A stretch of 64,000 nt of DNA. It comes from Amphiscolops sp. MND2022 (Eukaryota). The position numbers and the translations under genes were made by a program. Shown here piece after piece: positions 48,533 to 62,300 of the stretch (its first letter is position 1; the number at the start of each line of letters is the position of its first letter). The notes beneath the pieces are model-generated. The model saw nothing but the letters and a program-made list of their open reading frames with translations, did not search any database and was not told the DNA's origin. Location: contig OZ076409.1 of the NCBI GenBank assembly GCA_964187785.1, positions 4,156,001 to 4,220,000 of the forward strand. Direction: 5' to 3'.

Positions 48533-48757
48533 TCTAAGTACTCGAAAAGAGAACTCTAGTCAAACATTGACTAATTTACGTGGTAAATAGCTCTAAGTGC
48601 TCGAAAAGTGGATTCTAGTCAAACATTGACTAAGTTACGTGGTAGATAGCTCTAAATACTCGAAAAGTGAATTCTAGTCAAACATTTACTAATTTACGTG
48701 GTAGATAGCTCTAAGTACTCGAAAAGCGAATTCTAGTCAAACATTGACTAATTTACG
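48533..48757. repeat. 59-bp tandem repeat x~3.8 inside an AT-rich insertion (~48225-48985) in element C
   Basis: tctaagtactcgaaaag..ctagtcaaacattgactaatttacgtggtagatagc units. Confidence 0.92.
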
Positions 48758-50139
48758 CTTTATACACGATACGGAATTGAGCCAATTGTAGGTTGAAATT
48801 CTTGACTGGTTTCCACTTTTCTCTAATTACGCTCAATGACCAAAATCCGCAATTTTTGATTACACTGTGCATCAAAATTCGCGATGAACACATTGCACTG
48901 TTTGACTAGAAAACGGTTCGTTCTCGTTTTACGTAAATACACTTTACACTTGATGATAATTTCCACTTTTGCGGCATATGTATCGTAATGACGCATCTGT
49001 ATCTTACTGACTACCTCAGCAACTATCCCATCTGGCCTAACCAGGCCGAGCACTCTAACATGTCTTGGTCACGCCCATCATCTCCATCGGTAAATGATAC
49101 AGCTTTGGCAGCTCCTGAACCCCGACCGCTGCTTCGTCCGAAAGGGGGAGGGGGAGACCTCGAAAAAAGCACGGGTGCCTCGGCAGCGGAAAGTCCCGGC
49201 TAGAAACGTTGCTTCGGCACCAAGAATGGAGACTCAGACAGGGACTCAGGACCGGTATCAGATAAGGCAAAAACGACAGCCTAGATGTAAATGTAGAACG
49301 CGTTGTCTACGTGACTGCGTCTGCATAATAAGAAGGTTCAAGAGGTTCCCATTGGAGCCCGGAGAGTCCCCCGCAGGGACGACAAGACGAGGATTTAGCT
49401 CACCGCATTGAAATACGAGCGGAAAAGACTGTCGCTGGTGTGGAAAGAACCGATAACCACTCAGCTGAGGTAATCCTGCAACAAGTCCCTGTGCCAGGTG
49501 TCGCGAAAGCGCCATGTCCTCGGTTCAATGAAAGGACAAGCAATGGCAAAGGCCTCGAATTCTCGCTAGCAACTGTGTTCCACCACTATTGTGTTTGGTC
49601 CGTTCAACTTTGAGCGAGAGCCAGTGCAAGCCAGGTGCATTACCGCTGATCTGTGACTCGACCGATAAGGGGTAGAAGTCGAGCCGGGTGGTATATACAG
49701 TCCTGCTCCGTACTGGTGGTTATTGGTGACTGCCCCACGTGTCGGCAAGCTAATAAACCCGCAATATTTGTTGCTAGGTTCGCAAAGTCTGAGGAATTTC
49801 ACCACGGAAGATCTAATCTTATGCTTCCACCTCATCCATTGGTTTTGAGGTAGAGTAAAATTTGGCTGGTGGTTAGAATTGAGCACAACGCGTTTTGTCA
49901 ATTACCCACGAATCCGCCTGCTAGATGAGTGGATCCACACTTTCGAGGAACCCCTGCATGTTAAGGCAACGGTGAGCACACTCGACACATAAGTCCGAGG
50001 GAATGTGGACAACCAAGCGCTACCACGTTCCGTATGGCAGGACTTAGCTGCGATTCAAAGACGTACCCCATGTGTGTGCCTACCTCCTGACAACGGACCT
50101 GGGCGAGAAATGGTATACCCAGGCAGCCTACGTCCTAAC

Positions 50140-50622
50140 CTAGTGGAGTACATCTCGTATGGCACGACTGCTTTCCTGCAAGCCGAAAGCCAAACTGCTT
50201 TTACATGCCCCGCTGACTTGGAAACAAATACGGTTGCGCTGCGCTATCTACTGCGCGAATGTGGCATGGAGCAAGTTTTCTCCTAGCGTCAAAAATTAGG
50301 GGAGATACTAACGCTAACCACCTCCATTACCAACAAACCATCTCAAACAATCCACTTATTGATAGCCACAGCAAATCAGCGTGCGCCGCTGGTAGCAGAC
50401 GACTTCCTACTTTGTCTGGAGAAGCTGATATTGTGTCTCGGAGACAGGGGAGTGTCCAATGTCCACTTTCCAATATTGGATTCCGAAAGGCCAGTGTACT
50501 CTTTGGCCAACCTGTATCAGAAACTGATGGATCTGTTCGCGGGAACTAAAGTCAGCGTAATACTGCACAATCGCGTGTGTGTGTCAATATTGGGCGTTGA
50601 GGTAGTCAACGAACTACCATAA
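50140..50622 (+). pseudogene. Macrodomain-like accessory ORF (TARG1/Poa1p-like pattern)
   Basis: YISYGTTAFL..AFTCPADL..LGEILTL..IHLLIAT..P....LLCLEKL....GVSNVHFPIL..LMDLFAGTKVSVILH; one internal stop. Confidence 0.55.
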
Positions 50623-50923
50623 AATTACCCTAATGATGTGCTGCTTGCATTAGTTCAGCCGGCATGAAGTCTGCTGTGGACCACGGTCTCATGTTTGATG
50701 TTGTTTATTTTTTTGAGTGAATTACGTGCTTCCTTTTCTTTTGCAACCCCACATGTAAATACGAGTTAAGGATGCCTTAAGCATCTCCTTAGCTTATCAC
50801 TATTTAATGTAAAGTTTGTCACTGATAGTTGACGAGTTCCCTTAAGGAGCTCCCTAATTTTTATTTTACAGCTTATCAGTTAATGAGGCGAAACAGGTCT
50901 AATGAGTACTTGTTTTTAGACCA

Positions 50924-53900
50924 ATGATTGATAAGATGGCCTACCATCACACTGCTTGTTCATCAGTGCCAGCTGGAACCGCACCAACTCAAGGGCAGCA
51001 CACAACCCAAGTTCAGTGTAACGAAGAAAGGCTACGCAATGGCTTTCCGCCAGCAGCTGTGACCAGCATTACTGCCCTGCTGGCCCAGTTAGAAACTCAG
51101 CCTACGTTACCGAGTATAGCGTTATCAATTGTAGCAGATGTATCTGGGTACAAGCGTACCATGACCTGCCGCAATGGAGTGTGGGATGGTTACGATTTGA
51201 CGCATCCATTCCAAGATGACAGGTCCACTGTGGTGTATGGCACCAGCACCCATACCACGTTCGAGCAGGAGGCCACACTGCGCATGTCTCCTAGCGCACC
51301 CATTCCTCACCCATTGCCGCCAGCTCACCTGGTAATTCAGCCGCAAGTGCAGGTCCCGCCACATGCTCCATCTCAGCCGGAGTAACCGACGTGTTTGCCG
51401 AATATGCAGCAATTGGTGTTCACACTGGAAGTTCGTCCTCTAATCCGTAGCTCGCGCACTCCAGTCAGGTCTCTGGCGCAAGGGTACAATCCACGCAGTC
51501 TCTTGGGCGCAACCTTCAGCCCGTCCATTAGCAGTACCCAACATGGCTAACAGAACACCAGGTGAACCGGCTGTAATTCAAGCCTTGCAATCTGTGGCCA
51601 AGTATCCAGAATCCAAAGACTTTGTAGAAACTATGTCTCGCAGTCTTCCTGGTCTGCAAACGTTGCTAGATGCACCTTTGCAGCCCGAGGGCTGCATGTC
51701 AACAAGGACCAGTCAAAGTCCAGTACCTAGCACCACAACCCAGCGTGCGCTATTGTCATTTTCAATGCTATCGCCCGTCTCAGGCGAGGAGCCTGGGCGC
51801 AAGAGAGTCTCGCCCCATGAGCTGTCACAGCGGCGAGCACAAGTGATAGCCCAACCAGTCGTCCTCCCCCTGACAAACGAATCAATATGCCACGATCAGT
51901 AATGATCCCGGAACCCCCTGAGGTGGACTGAGCTCAGCTGAGGTGATTGAACGTTACGCAGCCAGCCCTTCTTCCGTGCTCGAGGGTACGGCCAACACAG
52001 CGTCATCAAGTTCTGCCTCAACGACAAGGAGTACACACAAGGTCCCGCCGTATTATCCACCTTCGGCGGATGTGGCTGGTTCCTTGGTTACCAGAGATGC
52101 CAACCGAATGTGGCAGGTAGCTCCACGGTTATCAGAAAGGCAGTTCAGAGATCGCCAGCGTGATCCTCCTTCAAGTGCGGACCAGGCGCAATTGAGGAAG
52201 CTCTCAATAGTTGCTCATTTGTCGAAGAAACTTCGTGCTTTTGACATTGGCATCGGCGAGCAAGCACGGGAGCAAAGCGTTGCAGCGCGGCTGGCGGTAG
52301 CCCACGATAAGTACCTACGTCTGAAGCAGAACAACTTACATGAGCAGTTCAACGCAAGGTACTCCCTGGAAAGCAGCAAGACCTGGGAGACCCACAGTGT
52401 ATATCACCGGAGTTTGGAGTCATTGAAGCCTATACCTAAGAAACTGGTACAGCGTACACAGTTTTGCGTAATGATGGAATCCACGATTCCATGCGACCTG
52501 CCCTACGGCAACGTAGTCCCCGATGTGATGGTGGTAGCAATGTCCCTCGCTCGTCTACCCGAGATAGCGGAGGTAGCAGTGGCCTTGTTTGTCCCGGCGC
52601 TCGAAGGCTCTCAAAAAGAACCGCCCCAAAGTGATTCATTTTTGCTAATTTGATAGACCATATGGCCTGTGAAGGTCTTTTACCAGATCTACCAAGGACC
52701 TGCGTTAAATGCCCAACCGATGCAGCCAGGAATGAAACGGCACAAGTACTACATCAAGTTGCAACAGCCATGGAAACGACAACAGAACTGCTGCGTACGC
52801 AGCTCAACACTTCTGTGCTCTTCGTGTCGCCTCCAGGCATGCTGTACTGGGGAAGCGCAATTCGGCAATTTGTTTACATGTTAACCGAAGTCTGCGCGGC
52901 AAGGCGCATTGATTTTTTTATGTGTGCTCCCAACCTGCGCGTGGGGCTGGACGACATGCGCACTGCAGCACTGTCAGTCCATGCATACTTGGCAGCGATA
53001 TCCCGTCTGCTGCAGACACTTGAACGAGGCGGCAACGACACAGTTGGCATGGGATGACCCAATCAACTACGACCATGGGATGCGCTTAGGTCGTTTAACG
53101 TTTGATCAGGAAGGCAACCGCCTTCTCCCCGGCGCTACCGTGGCAGAGCACGAAAACATGCGCAGATACAACTGGTTGGTCAGCGAGGCCCACCCCACCA
53201 CAGTAAAGGCGGACTTGGCCGCCTTTTGGGACCAAATTGGAAGGTGGCCGGTCAATCGTGAGGTTGAGCGCACAATACCTCAAGTCCACTTTGCTGAGAA
53301 TATCGAGATCATCAAATTACCCCTGGGATGCGCCACATTGTATACCATGAAGCTGTGATCCTAGAGCGGGTATTACCAGCCCGTGAAATCATCTCTGGCG
53401 AATGGTATCAGGGCAGGCTGGCGACAGTAATCCTCCCAATGGCAGCTCGAGCGCTGTCTGTTTCGTTCCCAGTCCTCATGACGAGATTCGGCCTTGGCTG
53501 GAACCTGGACATCGTGACCGATGAATTCAACATGAGTCGAACACAAGTAAAGACACTCATTGAGACTTTGGAGCTCATGACTGTCAGTGAAGTGCCAGCT
53601 CTCAAGCTAATTTTAAGACCTACTAAGTTCGTGGCTGGTCCTCTCGCCATCGTAGTAGACCTGGTAGCAGCTGGAGACTTGCTTGAGTTTTACACGTACT
53701 TGGTGCTAGCTCAAGGCACGATGAACTGACTGGCCTAGGCGAGGTGCTGTTCATGCAAAACAAACAAAACTACACTGAGCCCTTATTCAAGTTGAGAGCA
53801 TCCCTACATCATTGGCTGTATTCATTGCTGGTCTTCGCGTCCGATTTGTTCGTGGGCGTGGACCAGGCGCGATCGCTCTGAACCCGGCGACCGAATTCCC

Positions 53901-55000
53901 CAATGAAAATGCTGGAATCCCAATGCTGCAGCAACTGACGGACCTCACATTGGCCGAGCTCGAGGACTTGGTCCCAGTCGTAGACCCGGTGCTCGTCCCT
54001 GTCTTCGGACCTTTGGGACTACTGCGGTACCCAACCAAACCGGAGTCAATGGCCGTGCATTTGCCAGTCTCCATTTGCACGTATTTGCAAGGCAGTCCTC
54101 TAATGGACTATGAAAACATCGTCAGAGAACTTCTCAGCAGTGAAGTGCATCAAGCATACACTACTATCAAAACGGAACAACAAGCTGAGGAGAAATTTGG
54201 GGAGTAATTGGGACCCAAACCCGGAAGGCGACTGTTCTGCCTAGAGAGTACGGTCCAGTCAACTGATACAATGCTCCCGTCGACCTGAGCGGGTAACCGT
54301 TCAGGTTTCCTTGGCCCACAGAAATATTGCGAACGGTTATCAATGCTAACTTAAAGGCTAGTCCCACTGCGCGGTCTAATTACAGCTTTAAGTTCATCCA
54401 GATCCAACCAACACTGGAAAGAACCCGCGTGCTACCCCCGCGCGCGCCCTGTTCCTCGAGGGCAAGAGTATCGGGATCACCAGCTGCAACATTTGGACTT
54501 TGCGCGTGTTCACCAGTGAATCCAGGAAGCCGCACAAGTACGAAGGCGCACTCTATCACGCCGCATGACATCAGTGCAGTACGAACCTGCCTGGCCCCCG
54601 CAAAGAAAAATGACAATGTCTTTGGTTCTATTGGACGTGGTCAATTCTGTCCTGGGTCCAGAGTTGCGAGCCGAGTGGCAAGAGGGATGCTTGAACCTGG
54701 AAATCAGTAATTTTGAAGTTTGGAAAAGAGCTTGCGGGCTTTGGAAGCAGGCCGTCTGAATCTCCAAGCGTGTGGCCCTCGCTGCCACCAGCAGAGCCGA
54801 GGCAGAGCGTACACGGGCCTCGGCGCAACCACTGGAGCCCAATCCAGACCCATAATGGCAATGTCTTTAGAGCAGCCACTGGCTGTGGAAGCAGCTACGG
54901 TGGAAGATGAGGTCTTGGAAGACGCAGCCATGTCCGTAACACCCGACCAATCTGGCGAGCGAGCATGCCACAGAGCTGACGCCGAATGCAGCAGTTAGTG
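50924..55000 (+). pseudogene. Long fragmented accessory ORF of element C with an SGNH-hydrolase-like segment (~52450-53030)
   Basis: Chain of sense-strand ORFs (50924, 51543, 51943, 52650, 52909, 53328, 53812); block spacing resembles SGNH blocks I, II, III and V. Confidence 0.5.
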
Positions 55001-57020
55001 GACCCCATCGAAGGTCTCACCATCGACACTGATCTAGAAACAGTGGTGCCGTCTCCCACCAGACGTGCTTCAGTGAGTGCTGTCTCTCCGCCTACGGAAG
55101 TCTCACCCCGTACCCGGCACAAATCGGCTATACAATAAATCCAAAAAACGGTGAGCTCGAGGGTTCACCATATACGTACGGTGCTCGAGGGCTCATAGCC
55201 AACAAACTGCAGAATTTTCATAAACTTTCGTTACCGTTCCTTGGTGCTGCCTTATATTGGTGCAATTTTAGTTAGTATGTTTCTTAGTTAGTACTATTTT
55301 ATAGTGTACGGTGGGTGTATGGCCTTAGAGTGCGCATGCCCCGCGTGCTAGAACTGAAACACGTGTCAGAGAAGCAACCAAGTCAAAACAATTCTCTTTG
55401 TATCTAACACCTCGAGCGGTGTCGACAAAAGACGTTCAAGAACCACAGGCGGAAAGAGACATGAAAAAGATCTTTTATGCTGAATTGCTATTCTTTCGTT
55501 GGGGTCGTGTGCATTCTGTCCACTGTCTTTCCTGTAGCGGAGAACCCGCGCTCCCAGCGATAAAAAGTTTTTTTTAAAAAAACTGAAAAATAGGAATTCT
55601 AAAAAGTGGAGAAAAAAATTGTTTAGCTAGCATTAGCCGCGAAAAACGTTTTAACATCCAAAGGTGCTTCAAAAATCGCAAAAGTCCCCCGAAATCTCCT
55701 AGCTCTCGAACTGGTGCTAAAACAGTTACGATTTTTTGTTAAAAAACGAAGTTTTCAGGTAGTATTTCCTAGGATCCCAGACGGCGCTATCCCTACAACA
55801 GCTGTTAGACAAGGATTCGTCCTTGTTTCAAGACGTATTCACAGCATGGGCAGCAACCCTGTTCCTGGACGAGGTCCTGCAGTGCTTGTCGGGGACGACA
55901 AGCCAGAAGCCCGGGGAGTGGTGTAACTCCATTCCGTGATCACCGAAAAAGTTTGAAAATTTGGTGCAAAACTGACGTGGCACTTGAACATGGTTTTGAT
56001 TCATTCAAAGTTCAAGGAATTTTCAGGACAACAAAAGATCATTAATATTTCCGAAAAAAAAAACGTGAAAAGTCTTCCAAACTATCCAATAGTGTTTCGC
56101 TGCTTCTTGCTCTCGGTCGTGCTTTATTTCATTGTTTTCTTGATAATTACTGAAACCTCCCTGATTCCACTTTCGATCACTTCAACGAATTTCTCTTCGA
56201 ATAAATGACAGAACATCTCGTTCGTTATAAAACAAACGAAAAGGAAAATTTCTAAACAATGCTTAGTGACTATCGCATCCTATTGCGCGAAGTGGTTCAT
56301 GGTTTGAATCAAGGAGTACATTGTCTGGCAAAAGATAGTTGATCCGGATCAAAGTTTTATTACACGGCTGGCTGGGTGTTATCTCTGGCATAGTTTTGTT
56401 TAGAAAAAGAATAAAATTATGTGACATCCAGTTCCAGTTTTTATTAATTTGACTTGTTAGATATATGCATTTAGATTAGGATATGATTCAACCATTAAAA
56501 TATTTATGAATTTTGAAGCAAAGATTTAGAAACTAGATCATCCAAAACAAATATTAAACAATTGAAAACAAGTTTGGTTTTCGCAGCTGCATTCTGCTAA
56601 AGGTTTCGAAGAAATATCAGTTTTGATTCAAGTCTAACCTGGAATTAAGTGAAACTTTTTCTTTCAAATCCCCTTTTCAATTACAGGAGCACCGTGGAGT
56701 TGTCTTTTGGAAAAATAATATCTTAATTAGCTACGTTCTCGTGGGTGTTTTCATAAAAGTTCGTTACTTCAGCTATCATCAATTTTTTTTTCATTTTCAG
56801 CCATTTGAATGATGTTTCGTTCCATCCACTTTGCAAACGAAAAATTGCCTCAGCTGAACAAAAAGAAAAACAGTTAAAGGGGACGTGAAATTCATGTAAG
56901 ATTTGCTTTTATCGTTTATGGCATCTGCAGTCACCCCGCAAAAGGACGAGGGACCAGGAAGTTATTTAAAAGTGCATGTATGTCTATGCTTCGAGCCATC
57001 ATCAGTGCAGCGAAATCATA

Positions 57021-57800
57021 CCCAGGTTTTCGATCTTTGCGAATCTGTGCAGGATTTTTGCAGATCTTTGCAGATATGTGCAGATTCGAAAAAAAACTGA
57101 CGTACTCAGAAATACAATAAAAACCCCACAGAGATGTCAAACGAATATTAAAAGTGTTTAAAACTGGAGAGAAGTCTCATTTATGGCAAAATGATGAAAC
57201 ATTTTTCTGCAGCAATCTGTACAGATCTGTAGAGTTTTGCAGATCTTTACAGATCTTTACAGAGCCAAACAATTACTATAACGTATTCCAAAATAACAGC
57301 AAAATACTCCAACAAACTATGTTGCGGAAATATTACAAAAACAATTTTTCATCAACACATCGACCAACCCAGATTGTTGCCAAATGTCAAATTTTATCTG
57401 CCAAAACGAAGTCAATTTGGCAAATGAGCCTCTTAAAGTTCAACAATCACTTCTGGAAAGTTCGACAAATTTTCCTTCTCAAGACTTTTGATTGATGGAG
57501 AGTTTCAACTGACTGACCCTAGGTCAGCTAAAATACTCGATGAAGTAGTGGAAGAAGTCCAAAAATCAGTATATTGGTTCCTTAGAAGCTGCAGAAAAAC
57601 ATATTTCTGCAGAAATCTTTTTAAAAAATCTGCACACTTCTGTAAAGATCTTGCAGATCTGCACACTTCTGTAAAGATCTTGCAGATCTGCACACTTCTG
57701 TAAAGATCTTGCAGATCTGTATGGATCTTCAAGATTCAGTGCAACGATCTTTGCAGAACCCTGCAGATCTTTACAGATTCGCCAAGATTGAAAACCTGGG
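57021..57800. mobile_element. MITE, 780 bp, with TA target-site duplication
   Basis: TA|cccaggttttcgatctttgcgaatctgt ... acagattcgccaagattgaaaacctggg|TA; 28-bp TIR with 2 mismatches. Confidence 0.9.
57628..57719. repeat. 29-bp tandem repeat x3 inside the MITE
   Basis: atctgcacacttctgtaaagatcttgcag x3. Confidence 0.95.
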
Positions 57801-58644
57801 TACTTTTTTAGAAGAGTACAATAGTTGCAAGTTGTTGCTGGGTGATTCTTTTCCTACAGTACATTCCGGAAAAATCATGCTGAATGAAGACCCTCGACAA
57901 ACTTTTCTCCTGCAAAAAGTTTTCATATAACTAAAAAGTCTCAGAAGAAATTTCTAGATTCGGACTTTTTTCTGAACAGAACGAAACTGCAAAAGATATA
58001 TCATCCGGCATAGTTAAGAACTTTGGCATTTTTCGAGTTATGTCATGAATCTATACCCAAACAACCAGGCTTATCACGAAACGGTAAAGTTCTTGTTTGT
58101 TGTTGGTATGTTATGTTAGTTTAGATTTGAGATGTTCAGTACTTTAAAGAGACTCTAACAGAGCTGCAGATATTAGGTCTGAAAACGATGACAACTTGGT
58201 GAAGACGTTATTGTCGTTGTGAATGGTTACAAATCAGAGAAGTGCTTTACAGGATGGAATACGTAACAGGATATAAATTAGATACATTAAAGGTCAAAAC
58301 GCGTACATCAAGTCTCGACATTCATATAAAGGGCGGGGGATGATGATTGAATAATAGAATATATGTATATCACCCGACCGGGTTTTGAAAACACAAAATC
58401 ATACAGCAAGATGAACTAGGGATCAGAGGAATTGATGAAACTCAAGAGTGATTGTTGAGTTTGGTTTAAAATACAGGAGTTTGGTTTCATGTGACAAAAG
58501 AGTTGGTTTTAAAATTTCGAAGGACTAGAGAGGGCGTGAAAAGGTAGTTTTTAGGTTTGTTATTATACTTTAACATCAAGTTGAATATCGAGTTTTCATC
58601 AAGTTGTAACTATCCTTTCTTTACGTTAGATTCTGGCAAATATG

Positions 58645-59380
58645 TGTAACGGCAAGCTGTTGTCGGTCGCTTAACACGCTAACAGAGGTGGAAGAACCTG
58701 CAGAAATAGGTAAATCGCCCGGGAGGGCGCCCATCGCCAGAGATCCCTTTTGCCTCCAGGGTTGAAATACATCCCGATGCCGTAGGTGCTTCAACGAATA
58801 CTGTCCAACCGGTCCTAGTCTTTGATTGCTAATAGTAACGGGCATCTTTCTGACTCTCTAAAAACCACCGCTTAACTAGCACATAAAGACAACGCCAAGA
58901 ATAAGGTAAATTTCCAATTTCCAAACATGGGAATAAGTTTTAAAATGGGGATTGAGGTCTAAAACTGCCAAAACTAGTCTTCGAGCTAGCTAAAACCAGT
59001 ACATCAGAACAGGCAAGCATAAGGCAAACGACACAGCTGAAACCTGGGGCGCAAGGACTTCAAGCACGAAACAAGGATAATTAAGCTACAAGACTCATTT
59101 TGCTGGTTTCCGCTACTCAAGGAGGCATAATGCTAAATTGAAAGAAAACCAGGGTTAGCACTTTTTTAAAAAAAATGTCATTTCAAGAGTTTTTCTAAGC
59201 CCTCAAGCTGTTTCGTTCTCTCTCTTCGCGCTCGGTCCTCGTTTTTCATTGAAAATGACGAAAACAGGGAAAAGAGCAATCACATGCTCAGTGCCACGTC
59301 ACACAGCGAATTAGAGATTTTAACACAATTTCTGAATATATCAAAGTTGCAAAATCGCTTTACCAGAGGGTCCCGGCACA
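58645..59380 (-). repeat. 3' LTR of element D, 736 bp
   Basis: TGTGCC...GCTTGCCGTTACA on the minus strand; shares tgacgtggcact..catg and the terminus with the C LTRs; roughly 85% identical by eye to 63850-64000. Confidence 0.85.
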
Positions 59381-62300
59381 TCACTCCCCGGGCTTTCAGC
59401 ACGACGTCCCTGTCATGCGAAGGAGCTGGCATTGAAAACATCACCACATCATCATTGCAATCCACTGGGAGTTCAAAGTGATGTTGCAAGGGTACAGTGG
59501 CACTGTCAACTTTCGCTGATTGGGCAATTTTGAGGTCTTGATTCTTGCCATCCACAGAACCTGCATCGTCAACAAACTGTTGACACAGAGCTAGAAAACA
59601 AGTACTCAAAAATGCCGCACTCTGAAATCAAATCCCAAAATTCCGCAAATCAACCTAAAAGCACCAAGTTTTCAGCACGATACTCCTGCACTAAAATTGA
59701 ATAGGATCTTGCTAGCACTTTTTTGGACGTGTAAAATTCCTTTTACGGAGCTCTCAAGCTGCAAAACACACGTGGTTTGCGGCAAAAACTTATTTACCAC
59801 GGCAGTATATTTCCAGGTCAAAGCAAATTTGAAAGATGTTCTCGATAAAACTTCTAGTCAGCGGAAAAACCGTTGTTTAAAAGAAAAACTGTTTTTGATA
59901 CTTTTTTGTTCACAGTTCGACTTGGTTTGGGCAACACGCACGGATGTGCTGCTCCATACTTGAATAGAGTTCAGTTGCATCTGTTAAGGAGCGCATCAAA
60001 AGCAAACTACGAACCGCAGACGTCTCTGTTAGGATTAGTGCTTGGAGATGGTGTATTTCTGCCAACTGCCGAGTCAAATCGAATTCTTGCCTATCGGATT
60101 CTTGCTTCGAATATTTCCAATAGCTCCAATAGTATTCTGTCATCTCGTTCAGATACTCTAAATCCGTTGATCGGTCATATTCATCTATTCTTTTGGATTC
60201 AGTTTATGCTTTCAAATCTGGTTCATTGTTTGGTTGGGCTGCACTGACACCCTCTCCTTTCTTGAAAAAGGAGCGGGGGTGGTCAAAGACCTTCCAACGA
60301 TTCATTCCAGCTCCAAACTGCTTCAAAAGAACTTCTCGGGCACTCGGGTAAAATGCAGTCTCCGAGTCAAAGTCAAAATAAGTTCCAACGGTCACAGCTT
60401 GCTGAAAATTATTCGACACATTTTACGCAACTCGTTGAGCTCGAAAACTGCTCTTAACCATTTTGTTGCTGTGATAATGCGCGGCAAACAAACAGTTGAG
60501 CCGTCTATTGACCTCTCAACCTCATTGAATTGGGGTATTGTTGTGACTACCCAAAAGTGTGGTCGGAAAAACTGACGTGTTAATCGGTGTTTGTCCTACT
60601 TGACACGCAGAGCAACACCAATTTGAGACAGTGATACGGTCGAAAAGGTTTTACACTAGGGCAACTTTGTCAAACTTTACGTCGCAAAGAGGATACTCCT
60701 CTCAAAATCTCGTAACTTTGGTTACGTCGGATCCCTCGAGGGCAGTTTCTAGATATTCAAAACTCTGCTTGGACTCGAAAAACAACGCCTAGGTGTGTTC
60801 TTTTTAAAAATGATAGTCAGACGTGCGCCGCAGGCACTTTAAACAACCGACTGGGGCTCTATCAGGAGCAAATTTCAAAGTCCTAATGGAGTCAGAAATT
60901 TATGATCCCTGCCGGCAATTTTTTTGAACAGTAGGATTTGCCTCGTTTGCACCAAGGAAGGCGTACCAGGTCCCTTCGGCTAGAAAATGAAAGCCTTTGG
61001 TCTCTGCCTTCCGTACAGCGGTAGTCCTAAGGTTTTATGTTTTCGTTTTTCTGCCGGTTTTTCGGGATTTTTGACAAAATATGTGTCTGAGCTCAGTCAA
61101 AACCAATTTTTTCAGTCTCACAGGGTAGAATATTGCACAGCATGTTTGTCCAGTCACGCAAATTGAAAAAAAAAGCCTCCCGAAGCTGAAAACTACCTCC
61201 AGCACAAGCTAGCGACTTTTTCACCAATTTTTTGAAAATTCAAATGTTTTCGAAAAACAACCAAGTGGCTCTTATAAACACCGGAAACGTAGAATCGGGT
61301 TCAAATGTAGCAAATGTAGCCACACGATCTCACATTTAGCCAGGTACACTGCAAGTAGCACCAATTGGGGCTCAGACTACTGGATGAGTTTCAGATACGA
61401 AAAAGGTGTTCCGTATCACCGTGTCTCAGTTGACACGATCTTTCACGTGCAATCAAAAACTCTTGTCCACAGTGCTGAGCTCGCGAGCTAACCTTTTCAG
61501 CAACGGTGCACCAAATGAACTCGACAACAATGATCCTGAGCAATGTACTCCCAACTTTCCAACAAGGTGCGCCGATAGCTACCAAAAATGGTCCAACTCG
61601 TTACAATACACAGTATATCAGAACTATAAGTAACAAAATGCTGTTTTCCAGTAGGTCTGTCCACTCGATACCGTCCAATTTTCACAGGAACAACATCTTA
61701 TTCACAAATAAAAGTTCACACCAGGGACTTCTACAGTTTCCCAGGACGTAAACGTGGCTTTTACCCCAACCTTCCCAATTTTCGTCTCGGTGAAACCTTA
61801 AATTGAAACAATGGATACACACGTCCGAGAAGTGTCGAAATTGCTTCCAAGGGTCTTAGCGTGCTGAAAAGCATAGAGCACTTCATGGCTGGTGCACTGA
61901 TTCCAAATATGAGTCAGAATTAGGATATTAGGCTCCAGTCACCAGTCAGATGTTTTCTTCGAATTTTTGACCATTCAAAAGAAAAAACGTAAGTGGCTAG
62001 CGCTCACGCTAGAAACGTAGGACTGGCCTCAAAATTTGACAAACAATCCCACGTATGATGAGAACCACGAGAATAATCGCTTCTTTGGGCTGTGGTGACT
62101 AGGTGAAATTTTAACACAGTACGGACGTTCCGTATTACTGTGTTCCAAGATGGACTGTATCTCACGTGTCAACCAAGATCCCGGTCCACAATGAGTAATT
62201 CTCAAGCTCGTTTTTCCGGCAAACATACAATAAAAAAGCATGGTTACAATGGTCAGTAGCAATTTGGCCCCACCCTTTTACTAAGGTGTTCATTGCGACT

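Larger units (their letters stand above)
41870..55992 (+). mobile_element. Element C: degenerate ~14-kb Ty3/Gypsy element with long 3' accessory region
   Basis: Short LTR remnants share gtgatcacc...caaaactgacgtggcact..gaacatg (41870-41964 ending GTTACA; 55922-55992 starting TGTAAC); PBS, gag, PR, RT, RH, IN and PPT-like cccggggagtgg. Confidence 0.9.

Noticed and set aside
48533..48757. CRISPR-like array
   Set aside because: Head-to-tail repeats without unique spacers, no cas genes, eukaryotic context; the same applies to 13464-13595 and 57628-57719.
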